Source of the DNA: Patescibacteria group bacterium
GTDB lineage: Bacteria; Patescibacteriota; Patescibacteriia; UBA1558; GWA2-36-10
NCBI GenBank assembly: GCA_041665505.1
Contig: JBAYIR010000001.1
Span: forward strand, 147,108 to 211,107
DNA length: 64,000 nucleotides
Reading direction: 5' to 3'
The number at the start of each line of letters is the position of its first letter. Positions within the stretch are counted from its first letter, which is position 1. Position numbers and translations under genes: made by a program. Below are positions 36,876 through 44,582 of the stretch, in pieces. The notes under the pieces were generated by a model, which worked only from the letters and a program-made list of their open reading frames with translations, had not been told where the DNA came from and searched no databases.

Positions 36876-36943
36876 GTCGGTTACGCTACTGGCTCAGGAT
36901 TGTCCAAGCGTCCAAATACAGACAATCCGTCTTCGCCTCACTC
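36876..36943 (+). repeat. Cassette-3 direct repeat copy A (about 67 bp, internal 7-bp dyad GATTGTC-N16-GACAATC)
   Basis: GTCGGTTACGCTACTGGCTCAGGATTGTCCAAGCGTCCAAATACAGACAATCCGTCTTCGCCTCACT. It lies 22 nt 5' of the REC gene start when read on the minus strand. Confidence 0.7.
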
Positions 36944-36974
36944 AGTCTCTCCTGTGTCGCCGATGAAGCTGATT

Positions 36975-37145
36975 TCAGTCAGACAGGCCTTTCTGTAGGG
37001 CTTTGGCCAGTTCATCTTCGTTCAGGTGACGCGTCGCAAACCTGACCTGCCGATACAATACCTTGGTATCGTAGTCCAGGTTTTCGTTGAGCCGGGCAAT
37101 GTGCTCTTGCACAATCTTGATATTCCGCCGGTGTTGGGGGCTCAT
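36975..37145 (-). CDS. Hypothetical 56-aa protein (MSPQHRRNIKIVQEHIARLNENLDYDTKVLYRQVRFATRHLNEDELAKALQKGLSD)
   Basis: An RBS AGGGAG lies 11 nt upstream of the ATG. The ORF-track start at 37178 is rejected. It is preceded by repeat copy B and an extended -10 (TGTTATACT). Confidence 0.35.
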   Translation of the reverse strand: MSPQHRRNIKIVQEHIARLNENLDYDTKVLYRQVRFATRHLNEDELAKALQKGLSD

Positions 37146-37223
37146 AGTATTCACACTCCCTGTTTTTGGGTAACACAAAACACCTCAAAGAGGCGTTTTG
37201 GCTAAGTATAACACAGCAAAAGT

Positions 37224-37290
37224 GCCGGTTACGCTACTAGCTCCAGATTGTCCAAGCGTCCAGATACAGACAATCCTTCTTCGCCTCACT
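37224..37290 (+). repeat. Cassette-3 direct repeat copy B
   Basis: GCCGGTTACGCTACTAGCTCCAGATTGTCCAAGCGTCCAGATACAGACAATCCTTCTTCGCCTCACT. It is about 90% identical to copy A. Confidence 0.7.
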
Positions 37291-37387
37291 GCTTCTCTTA
37301 TTTTGGTAAAGAACTTAGTTTACAAAAAAATACCCTTTCAGGCATTTCTGTAAATTAAGCTCTCAATATTGAGATTTATTACGCAAT

Positions 37388-37454
37388 GCCGGTTACGCTA
37401 CTAGCTCCAGATTGTCCAAGCGTCCAGATACAGACAATCCTTCAAAGCCTCATT
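37388..37454 (+). repeat. Cassette-3 direct repeat copy C
   Basis: It is identical to copy B over the first 54 nt (GCCGGTTACGC...GACAATCCTTC), and the tail then diverges. It lies just downstream (on the minus strand) of the ZIP gene stop and a TTGACA motif at 37505-37510. Confidence 0.7.
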
Positions 37455-37514
37455 GAATGATATTTATTGTAAATTATTAATACCCTACCACATAATTTTT
37501 ATTTTGTCAAGACC

Positions 37515-38303
37515 TTAAGCATGAATATCTCCAAAAGTCATGAATTTATTGACAGAATATATCAAAATCAAGCCAATAATAAACCATACTACTTGGGATT
37601 TATAGTGCTTATTTTTTTCATTATGAAGATGTGGCATTATATCGCTCATAGCAATATACAAGAAACTACCAGCGGCAATAGTGGTTAATATCAGTTGAGT
37701 ATAATCATTTTGAGCATAAAAATAAGTAAGTATACCGCCTATGACAGCCATGAGAGCAGAGGCTAAATTCCAAAATAGAGCTTTGATTTTAGTATAACCA
37801 GCATAAAGTAATAAACTAAAATCACCAATTTCTTGTGGTATTTCATGTAAGACAATAGCTAAAGTAGCTAAAACACCTAGTTGAACGTCCAACATAAAAG
37901 AAGCAGCAATCGCCATACCATCTATTAGATTATGCAAACCATCACCTATTAAGATATTAATGCCCATGGGATGGACACATTTTTCATCATGTTGGTGTTC
38001 TTCATGATCTTGCTGATGACGGCAGTTGTGCCAATGTAAATATTTTTCTGTAAAAAAGAAAAAAACTATTGAGCCGAGCATCCAAACAGAAAATATTTGG
38101 AAATCAAAACCTTCATGTATTGATTCTTCAACTATTTCTGGCAACATATGAAAAAATACATTACCTAGTAAGACAGCCGCAGCTAGTGAAACAGTGGCTT
38201 CCATTATTTTTTGAGAATATTTTCTTTTGAAAAAAAGGCTAATGCCTATCAGGGAAAGTAAGCTGACAGCTAAGGTGGCAATAATAATATAAGTAAGTAT
38301 CAT
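37515..38303 (-). CDS. zupT: ZIP-family zinc transporter (ZupT-like)
   Basis: The HEIPQEIGDF motif is present. His-rich loops (HQQDHEEHQHDEKCVH) and 7-8 TM helices are present. The gene is immediately downstream of a Fur-family regulator gene. Confidence 0.8.
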   Translation of the reverse strand: MILTYIIIATLAVSLLSLIGISLFFKRKYSQKIMEATVSLAAAVLLGNVFFHMLPEIVEESIHEGFDFQIFSVWMLGSIVFFFFTEKYLHWHNCRHQQDHEEHQHDEKCVHPMGINILIGDGLHNLIDGMAIAASFMLDVQLGVLATLAIVLHEIPQEIGDFSLLLYAGYTKIKALFWNLASALMAVIGGILTYFYAQNDYTQLILTTIAAGSFLYIAMSDIMPHLHNEKNKHYKSQVVWFIIGLILIYSVNKFMTFGDIHA

Positions 38304-38307
38304 ATTT

Positions 38308-38691
38308 TTATTTACATTTATTACACAAGCCGGCTAATTGGACTTGATGTTTTATTAATTTAAAATTATTTGGTAAATCAATTTTTAGTTGGCAGGGAAT
38401 ACAGAATATTTTTTGGCATTTTTGGCAAAGTAGGTGATGGTGGTGAGTAGAGGAGAGGTGGTAGATTTTTTCTTGCCGGGCGGTATTGATAGTATCTTCA
38501 TTGATTAGCCCAGCCAAGGAAAAACGTTCTAGTATTCTATAAATGGAAACTAAGTTTATTTTTTTATTTAAGCCGGAGAAAATATCTTTAGCGGAGAGAG
38601 GGCGACTGTTATTTTTTAGAGCTTGAAAAACCGAAATATTAGCTTTGGTTATTTTTAGGCCAGCTTTTTTTATTAGCTCTTTTTCATTCAT
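38308..38691 (-). CDS. zur: Fur-family metalloregulator, probably Zur
   Basis: A DNA-binding winged helix is present. The protein has a Fur-family metal-binding cluster with two CxxC pairs (HHHHLLCQKCQKIFCIPCQ and C-terminal CNKC). It is co-oriented with the ZIP transporter gene. Confidence 0.75.
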   Translation of the reverse strand: MNEKELIKKAGLKITKANISVFQALKNNSRPLSAKDIFSGLNKKINLVSIYRILERFSLAGLINEDTINTARQEKIYHLSSTHHHHLLCQKCQKIFCIPCQLKIDLPNNFKLIKHQVQLAGLCNKCK

Positions 38692-38800
38692 GTTGCTAGT
38701 TTAACATAATATTTTTATTAAAGCAAGTCATTTGCCTTTATATAATTTTTATGTTATATTTTAGATTGAAAAAATTGCTTATTTATGGTATATTAGAGCT

Positions 38801-40408
38801 ATGAAAATATCTGATGAAATCATTCTACTTTATAAAAAATTAGAACAGATTTATAAAAAAAAGGAGCTTTTGGCTCAAGAAGAAAATTTAATAGAAGTTG
38901 AAGAAATTGCTAGCCATTTTTCAGCCCTCTATGAAAAACTTAGAAATACTGTTGATTTTAAAGAGATTCATCTCCTCAGGCGTTTTGCTATTGAGAGAAA
39001 TTTGAAACGTCGTTTTATTATGGAGACTCTCAAACCAAATATTGCTCAGGCTTTGGTAGAAGATTTGGTCCGCTCTCGTTATTTACCAAATAAAATCATA
39101 CCTGAATATAGAATTGGCCAAATAGAAAAGATTATTGAAAAATACAATGATTTATTTCTGTTGATGAATGATCTCTATCATGGTGATGAGATCAAAGAAT
39201 ATTTTGATTGGTTGATTGGTGTGGAAGCTTGTGAAATAGATATTTTACTTAATCCAGAAGATATTGATGATGCGGTCATCGAGACTATGTATCAGATTAC
39301 CAAACCACGCGTCAAACTCAAAGGCGATGATGATCCAAATATCAGAGAAAAGAATCTACAATTATATATTTCTATTCATAAAGCTATAGTTAAATCAGAT
39401 GATACCATTATATCATTTCATCTTTTGAATTTATTTTATGATGAGTGGCTAAATGCCGACGCCGATACTATCAAGGTGATGGCTAGTCATTTGCCAGCCA
39501 TTTATAAAAATATTCAGTATCATGTTAAGCACCCTTACCAACGTCGAATACTTAAGTCAATCAAAAAACCAATAGTTACTTTTAAGATTCTTCACGAATT
39601 GATTTTGGAACATGGTAGTAATATGAAAGAACTCTTGGCCAATCCAGACAAATTGGAGTCGGAAGCCAAAATATTGATTAATAGAAAATATAAAAGCATT
39701 AGAAATAGGATATCTCGTGCTTCAGTCAGAGCTATTATTTATATTTTTATTACCAAAGCAATGTTGGCATTACTTTTGGAATTTCCATATGAAATGTATG
39801 TGGTAAAAGAAATAAATTATACCAACTTAGGTATCAATATATTATTTCCACCTTTATTGATGTTTTTAGTCACTTTGACTATCAAACCGCTGGGTGATAA
39901 AAATACTGAATTGATATTAGATAGTTTGCATAATGTGGTTTATAATCAGCCAGAGAAATCTATTTTGTGTCAGTTAAAAACTAAATATAATAAAAATCTT
40001 AGTTATCAAGTATTTTATTATTTTATGTATACAGTTCTTTATATTGTAGTTTTTGGAGCGATTGTATATTTCCTTAGACGTTTGAATTTTAATTTACTAA
40101 GTGGAGGAATATTTTTATTTTTCTTGACAGCGGTTAGTTTCTTTTCCATCCGTATTAGATCAACCGCTAAAGAATTGATGGTAGAGAATAAAAAAGAAGG
40201 TGTTTTATCGTTTTTTATAAACTTTTTTGCTCTGCCGATTGTTTCCGCTGGACGTTGGATGTCCACTAAATTTAAGAGTATTAATCTTTTCGCTTTTATT
40301 ATGGATTATATAATTGAAGCGCCTTTCAAACTTTTTGTAGCGGCTTTTGAGGATTGGCTGGGTTTTATGAAAGAGAAAAAAGACGAAGTTTTTCATGAGG
40401 ACCAATAA
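38801..40408 (+). CDS. Hypothetical membrane protein (535 aa; C-terminal TM helices)
   Basis: The ORF is long with typical composition. No family is recognised. Confidence 0.5.
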   Translation: MKISDEIILLYKKLEQIYKKKELLAQEENLIEVEEIASHFSALYEKLRNTVDFKEIHLLRRFAIERNLKRRFIMETLKPNIAQALVEDLVRSRYLPNKIIPEYRIGQIEKIIEKYNDLFLLMNDLYHGDEIKEYFDWLIGVEACEIDILLNPEDIDDAVIETMYQITKPRVKLKGDDDPNIREKNLQLYISIHKAIVKSDDTIISFHLLNLFYDEWLNADADTIKVMASHLPAIYKNIQYHVKHPYQRRILKSIKKPIVTFKILHELILEHGSNMKELLANPDKLESEAKILINRKYKSIRNRISRASVRAIIYIFITKAMLALLLEFPYEMYVVKEINYTNLGINILFPPLLMFLVTLTIKPLGDKNTELILDSLHNVVYNQPEKSILCQLKTKYNKNLSYQVFYYFMYTVLYIVVFGAIVYFLRRLNFNLLSGGIFLFFLTAVSFFSIRIRSTAKELMVENKKEGVLSFFINFFALPIVSAGRWMSTKFKSINLFAFIMDYIIEAPFKLFVAAFEDWLGFMKEKKDEVFHEDQ

Positions 40409-40868
40409 TAATTTTTATATTATCGCTCACAATATACGCAGTCTATATAATATTGGTACTATTTTTAGAACAGCTGATGCCCTGGGAGTAGATACTGTAT
40501 TTTTAACTGGCTACAGCGGCCAGCCTCCTAGAAAAGAAATTTCCAAAGTAGCTTTAGGAGCAGAAGAGACTGTCAATTGGCAGTATTATAAAAGCTTGAC
40601 TTATTTAGTAAGAAAATTAAAAAAAGAAGGCCTTAGGATTATAGCTTTGGAAACTGGAGAGACTGCTATAAATTATTTAGATTTCAAAGCCAAATTTCCC
40701 CTGGCACTTTTGCTTGGTAACGAAGTACGAGGTGTATCTAAAGCAATGCTAAAACAAGTAGATGCCACCATTTCTTTGCCTATGAATGGCATCAAAGAAT
40801 CTCTTAATGTGGGAGTAGCTATGGCGGTAGCTGGTTATCATATTATAAAATTTAGAGACATTAGCTAA
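40395..40868 (+). CDS. SpoU/TrmH-family RNA 2'-O-methyltransferase (TrmL-like)
   Basis: SPOUT motifs are present: LLLGNEVRGVS and SLNVGVAMAVAGYHI. Confidence 0.75.
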   Translation: MRTNNNFYIIAHNIRSLYNIGTIFRTADALGVDTVFLTGYSGQPPRKEISKVALGAEETVNWQYYKSLTYLVRKLKKEGLRIIALETGETAINYLDFKAKFPLALLLGNEVRGVSKAMLKQVDATISLPMNGIKESLNVGVAMAVAGYHIIKFRDIS

Positions 40869-40916
40869 TTGTCTTTATTTTTGTTATAATATAATTAAAT
40901 AATTAAAATAAATTTC

Positions 40917-41144
40917 ATGTCTTTACACAAAGTAGTAGAATTAATTTTTACTTTAGTAATGCTCCTTTTTTTGGCAGTAATTGTTTTAGGAATTTTAGTG
41001 GCTATTACTATTGTTCAACAATTAGCTATTTTTGATGTTGGTATTAAAGGGCAAATGTTTTTTGTCGGAGGGATGTTTACTATTTTCCTTTACATCACCA
41101 AAATGATAATGGATAAGGTCAAAGAATATAATCGTTATATTTAA
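40917..41144 (+). CDS. Small hypothetical membrane protein (75 aa)
   Basis: Two hydrophobic helices. No homology is recognised. Confidence 0.3.
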   Translation: MSLHKVVELIFTLVMLLFLAVIVLGILVAITIVQQLAIFDVGIKGQMFFVGGMFTIFLYITKMIMDKVKEYNRYI

Positions 41145-41152
41145 AAACAAAA

Positions 41153-42142
41153 ATGTTGAAAAATAAAATTACCACTATTGGCGGGGCAACTCGTGATATT
41201 ATGTTTTATACGGATGATATGTTGATTATAGATAATAAGAATGATTTGCTTCGTCAAAAATTAATTGCTTTTGAATACGGCGCCAAAGTTTATAGCCAAG
41301 AAGTATATTTTGTTTATGGTGGGGGTGGCATGAATGTAGCCGTAGGTTTAGCATCTCTAGGTATTAAGACACAGGCAATTTTGTCTATTGGTGATGACTT
41401 GGTTGGTAAAGATTTACTGAGCTATCTTAAAAGTAAAAAAGTTTCTACCAATCTAGTACAGATTCAAAAAAAATTAAAAACAGGCACTTCATCGGTTATT
41501 AATGTTGGCAAATTTAAAGAGCATGTTATTTTTGCTTATCGTGGTGCTAATACTAAAATTGATCTCGGTCCAGCAGTCATCAAAAAAATAAATACCCCCT
41601 GGCTTTATTTGACTTCTTTGTCTGGTAATTTTAAGTCGGGCTTAAATAGATTATTTGAGCATAGTCAGAAAAAAAATATAAAAGTTGTTTGGAATCCGGG
41701 TACTGATCAATTAAAATTAGGTTTAAGAGGCTTGGCTAAATACATGAAGCAGACTGCTGTTTTTGATGTCAATCGTGATGAGGCCTTAGAGCTGGTGATG
41801 AGTGTCCAAGGCAAAGCCACTAAAGATAATATTAATAGTCTTTTGAAATTTTTACATCACTATGGTCAAAAATTAACAGTTATAACTGATGGCCACAAGG
41901 GAGCTTATATTTATGATGGACAAAAAATATATTTTAGAGCCGCTTTAAAGAAAAAAGGTATCAATACTACAGGAGCTGGTGATTCATTTGGTTCAGGACT
42001 GACAGCGGGTATTATAAAATATAATTGGAATTTGGAAAAAGCTCTAAAGTTGGGGATTATAAATAGTAATTCAGTAATTATGAAAATTGGTGCTCAAGAA
42101 GGCTTATTAACTTCTAGAGATTTGAACAAACATAATTTATAG
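41153..42142 (+). CDS. PfkB-family carbohydrate kinase (ribokinase-like)
   Basis: GGGGMNVAVGLASLG and the C-terminal TTGAGDSFGSG (the anion hole/DTxGAGD motif) are present. Confidence 0.75.
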   Translation: MLKNKITTIGGATRDIMFYTDDMLIIDNKNDLLRQKLIAFEYGAKVYSQEVYFVYGGGGMNVAVGLASLGIKTQAILSIGDDLVGKDLLSYLKSKKVSTNLVQIQKKLKTGTSSVINVGKFKEHVIFAYRGANTKIDLGPAVIKKINTPWLYLTSLSGNFKSGLNRLFEHSQKKNIKVVWNPGTDQLKLGLRGLAKYMKQTAVFDVNRDEALELVMSVQGKATKDNINSLLKFLHHYGQKLTVITDGHKGAYIYDGQKIYFRAALKKKGINTTGAGDSFGSGLTAGIIKYNWNLEKALKLGIINSNSVIMKIGAQEGLLTSRDLNKHNL

Positions 42143-42144
42143 TT

Positions 42145-42375
42145 ATGAATTTTATAAAAAAAGCTTTAGCCAAAACAATTGAAGAATGGGGTAATGAAAA
42201 TATTCCCGTTGTAGAAGATGATTTTGAACCACATTGGATAACAAAATATCTTGATAGTAGATCTCCAGACTATAATTCTATACTATTATATACAATTGTT
42301 CTGGGGAGTATAATAATTGTTGTGTTATTGATTTTATTTATCATAAAATTTGTTAAGAGTAAAAAGAAATCTTAA
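42145..42375 (+). CDS. Small hypothetical membrane protein (76 aa)
   Basis: One C-terminal TM helix. No homology is recognised. Confidence 0.3.
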   Translation: MNFIKKALAKTIEEWGNENIPVVEDDFEPHWITKYLDSRSPDYNSILLYTIVLGSIIIVVLLILFIIKFVKSKKKS

Positions 42376-42376
42376 T

Positions 42377-42943
42377 ATGAAAAAAGTTAAAGCAGAAATA
42401 TCAGCTAGACATTTGCATATTTCCAGAGCCCATCTCGACAAGCTCTTTGGTCGTGGCTATCAGCTGAAAGCTATCAAAGAATTATCTCAACCAGGTGAGT
42501 TTGCCGCCAGTGACAGAGTAGAAGTTAAGGGGCCTAAAGGAACTTTGACTATGCGTATTGTGGGTCCAGTCAGGGCTCAAACTCAAATAGAGTTGGCTTT
42601 GACTGATGCTAGAATTTTAGGAGTCAAACCTGAATTTCGTATTTCTGGTGATCTCAAAGATTCTCCGGGCGGCGTGACCTTAAAAGGTCCCAAGGGCAGC
42701 GTCAAACTGCTAAGCGGTATAATAATACCTAAACGTCATCTTCATATTTCCGTAGAAGAGGCCAAAAAATGGAAAATAAAAAATGGCCAAAAGCTCAAAG
42801 CAACAGTCAAAGGTCCTCGAGCTATGGAGATTAGAGAAATTACTGCTCGGGTTGGTAATTACTCTACTAGTATTCATTTAGATACTGATGAGGCTAATGC
42901 CGCTGGGCTACTTAGCTGTGGCATAATAGATTTAGAAATATAA
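42377..42943 (+). CDS. PduL-type phosphate acyltransferase (phosphotransacetylase-like)
   Basis: Two internal repeats each carry RHLHIS (ISARHLHISRAH and IPKRHLHISVEE), characteristic of PduL/PTAC. The gene is adjacent to ackA. The start is moved to the ATG at 42377. Confidence 0.6.
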   Translation: MKKVKAEISARHLHISRAHLDKLFGRGYQLKAIKELSQPGEFAASDRVEVKGPKGTLTMRIVGPVRAQTQIELALTDARILGVKPEFRISGDLKDSPGGVTLKGPKGSVKLLSGIIIPKRHLHISVEEAKKWKIKNGQKLKATVKGPRAMEIREITARVGNYSTSIHLDTDEANAAGLLSCGIIDLEI

Positions 42944-42973
42944 TGATAGAATATAATAATTAATTTCTAGCGG

Positions 42974-44131
42974 GTGAAAAAACATTTATTAGTCTTAAAT
43001 AATGGCAGTAGCAGTTTAAAATTTGCTGTTTTTGAATTGGCCAATTTATCAGGTCTTAGACAGAAAAAAATATCTAAGCAAGTTTTAAGCGGCTCTATAT
43101 GTTTACAAGGTGATAAAAGTGTTTTGATTTATAATAACAAAAAAATAAATCATCAAGCTCCTTATAGTTTGAAAAATTGGTGGCATTATATTTATGAGTT
43201 AATAAAAGATTTTGATATACAATATGTAGGTTTTAGAATGGTTCACGGCGGAGAAGAATTTACAGACACTACTATAGTCAATATTTCTTTTTTGAAAAAT
43301 ATCAAAAAATATAATAAGCTAGCTCCACTTCATAATCCCAATGCTTTGGAATTAATGCATTTAGTAAAAGATACTTGGCCTCGTGTTCAAATAGCAGTTA
43401 ATTTTGACACAGCTTGGCATCACAGTTTACCAGAGGCGGTTTATCTTTATTCTTTACCTATTGATTATTATAAAAAATATCAAATTAGAAAATATGGCTT
43501 TCATGGTCTTAGTCATGAAGCAGCCACAAATTATGCCGCCAAGGTTTTGAATAAAAAAGTAGATAAATTAAAATTAATAACTTGTCATTTGGGCTCAGGC
43601 GGCAGTATCACTTGGTATCTAGACGGTCAAGTCAAAGATACTAGTATGGGTTTTTCGCCCAATGAAGGTTTGACTATGTCTACTCGTAGTGGAGATTTGC
43701 CACCTAGCGTAGTATTTTATTTGGCCAGCGAGGCAAAGATGTCTTTGTCTAATATTAGCGAACTTTTAAATAAAAAATCCGGTCTACTAGGTCTAGCTGG
43801 TTTAGCTGATTTAAGAGATATATTATTGGCTAGCGGCTACAAAGTAGCTGGCTATAAAAATATTTTAAAATTTACTAAAGACCAAAGGCAGGCTGCTAAG
43901 TTGGCTTTGGATATTTATATTTATGATATTCGTCGCTATATAGCCTCTTATCTAGCGATGAGTAAAAAATTAGATGCCATTGTTTTTACTGGGCCAGTAG
44001 CTGCTAATAATACTATTAGGTCTATGATTATGAAAAATTTGCAAAAACCCAAAGGAACAAAGATATTATTGGCTCCCGAAGGTGAAATAATTAATATAGC
44101 TGAGAAAACAATAAAATGTCTGAGCAAATAA
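42974..44131 (+). CDS. ackA: Acetate kinase
   Basis: LVLNNGSSSLKFAVFE is the N-terminal ASKHA motif. Acetokinase signatures are found throughout. Confidence 0.85.
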   Translation: MKKHLLVLNNGSSSLKFAVFELANLSGLRQKKISKQVLSGSICLQGDKSVLIYNNKKINHQAPYSLKNWWHYIYELIKDFDIQYVGFRMVHGGEEFTDTTIVNISFLKNIKKYNKLAPLHNPNALELMHLVKDTWPRVQIAVNFDTAWHHSLPEAVYLYSLPIDYYKKYQIRKYGFHGLSHEAATNYAAKVLNKKVDKLKLITCHLGSGGSITWYLDGQVKDTSMGFSPNEGLTMSTRSGDLPPSVVFYLASEAKMSLSNISELLNKKSGLLGLAGLADLRDILLASGYKVAGYKNILKFTKDQRQAAKLALDIYIYDIRRYIASYLAMSKKLDAIVFTGPVAANNTIRSMIMKNLQKPKGTKILLAPEGEIINIAEKTIKCLSK

Positions 44132-44529
44132 TAAAATTAGCCCAAGCTGAGGACCAAATTATAAACAATTTGGTCAATACAGAAAATAAATTAAATGAGC
44201 TCAACCAAGAAGTGGGAGTAATTTTAAATGATTACAAAACTACCAATCAGCCAGAGGTGTCTTTTTTTAATTTTGATAATCCATTTTTTCTTTTAATCTT
44301 AGCTGGTCTTTTTCTATTGGCCTTTGCTTTGTGGTTTCTTAAACAGGAATTGAAACACTCCAAAACAAAAAAAACTAAAATAATAGCAGAGGTAAAGGAA
44401 AAAATAGAGATTAAAACTGTTCCGGAAATAAAAGTTAAAACATCTGAAGTAGAAAAAGTAAAAACCGAGCCGCTCAAAGAAACGCCTCGAAAAAAAGGCC
44501 GTACTATAAAAGTCATTAAGATAAAATAG
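44116..44529 (+). CDS. Hypothetical membrane protein with Lys-rich C-terminus
   Basis: The ORF is hydrophobic in the middle. No family is recognised. Confidence 0.4.
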   Translation: MSEQIIKLAQAEDQIINNLVNTENKLNELNQEVGVILNDYKTTNQPEVSFFNFDNPFFLLILAGLFLLAFALWFLKQELKHSKTKKTKIIAEVKEKIEIKTVPEIKVKTSEVEKVKTEPLKETPRKKGRTIKVIKIK

Positions 44530-44582
44530 GCCTGTTTGTCAAAACATAGTAATTACTGATACAATATTATCACGTTAAATAC

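Noticed and set aside
36876-37454. Considered whether the three direct repeats are a CRISPR array or integron attC sites
   Set aside because: There are only three copies, with unequal spacings (348 and 164 bp). The repeat is about 67 bp long and has an 18-nt variable tail. There are no cas genes. It also lacks the GTTRRRY / RYYYAAC core sites of attC.
38692-38800. Zur box upstream of the zur-zupT operon
   Set aside because: Only a loose inverted repeat (TAACATAA ... TTATGTTA, about 27 nt apart) is present in a very AT-rich region. It is too far apart and too degenerate to be called a Zur operator without comparative data.
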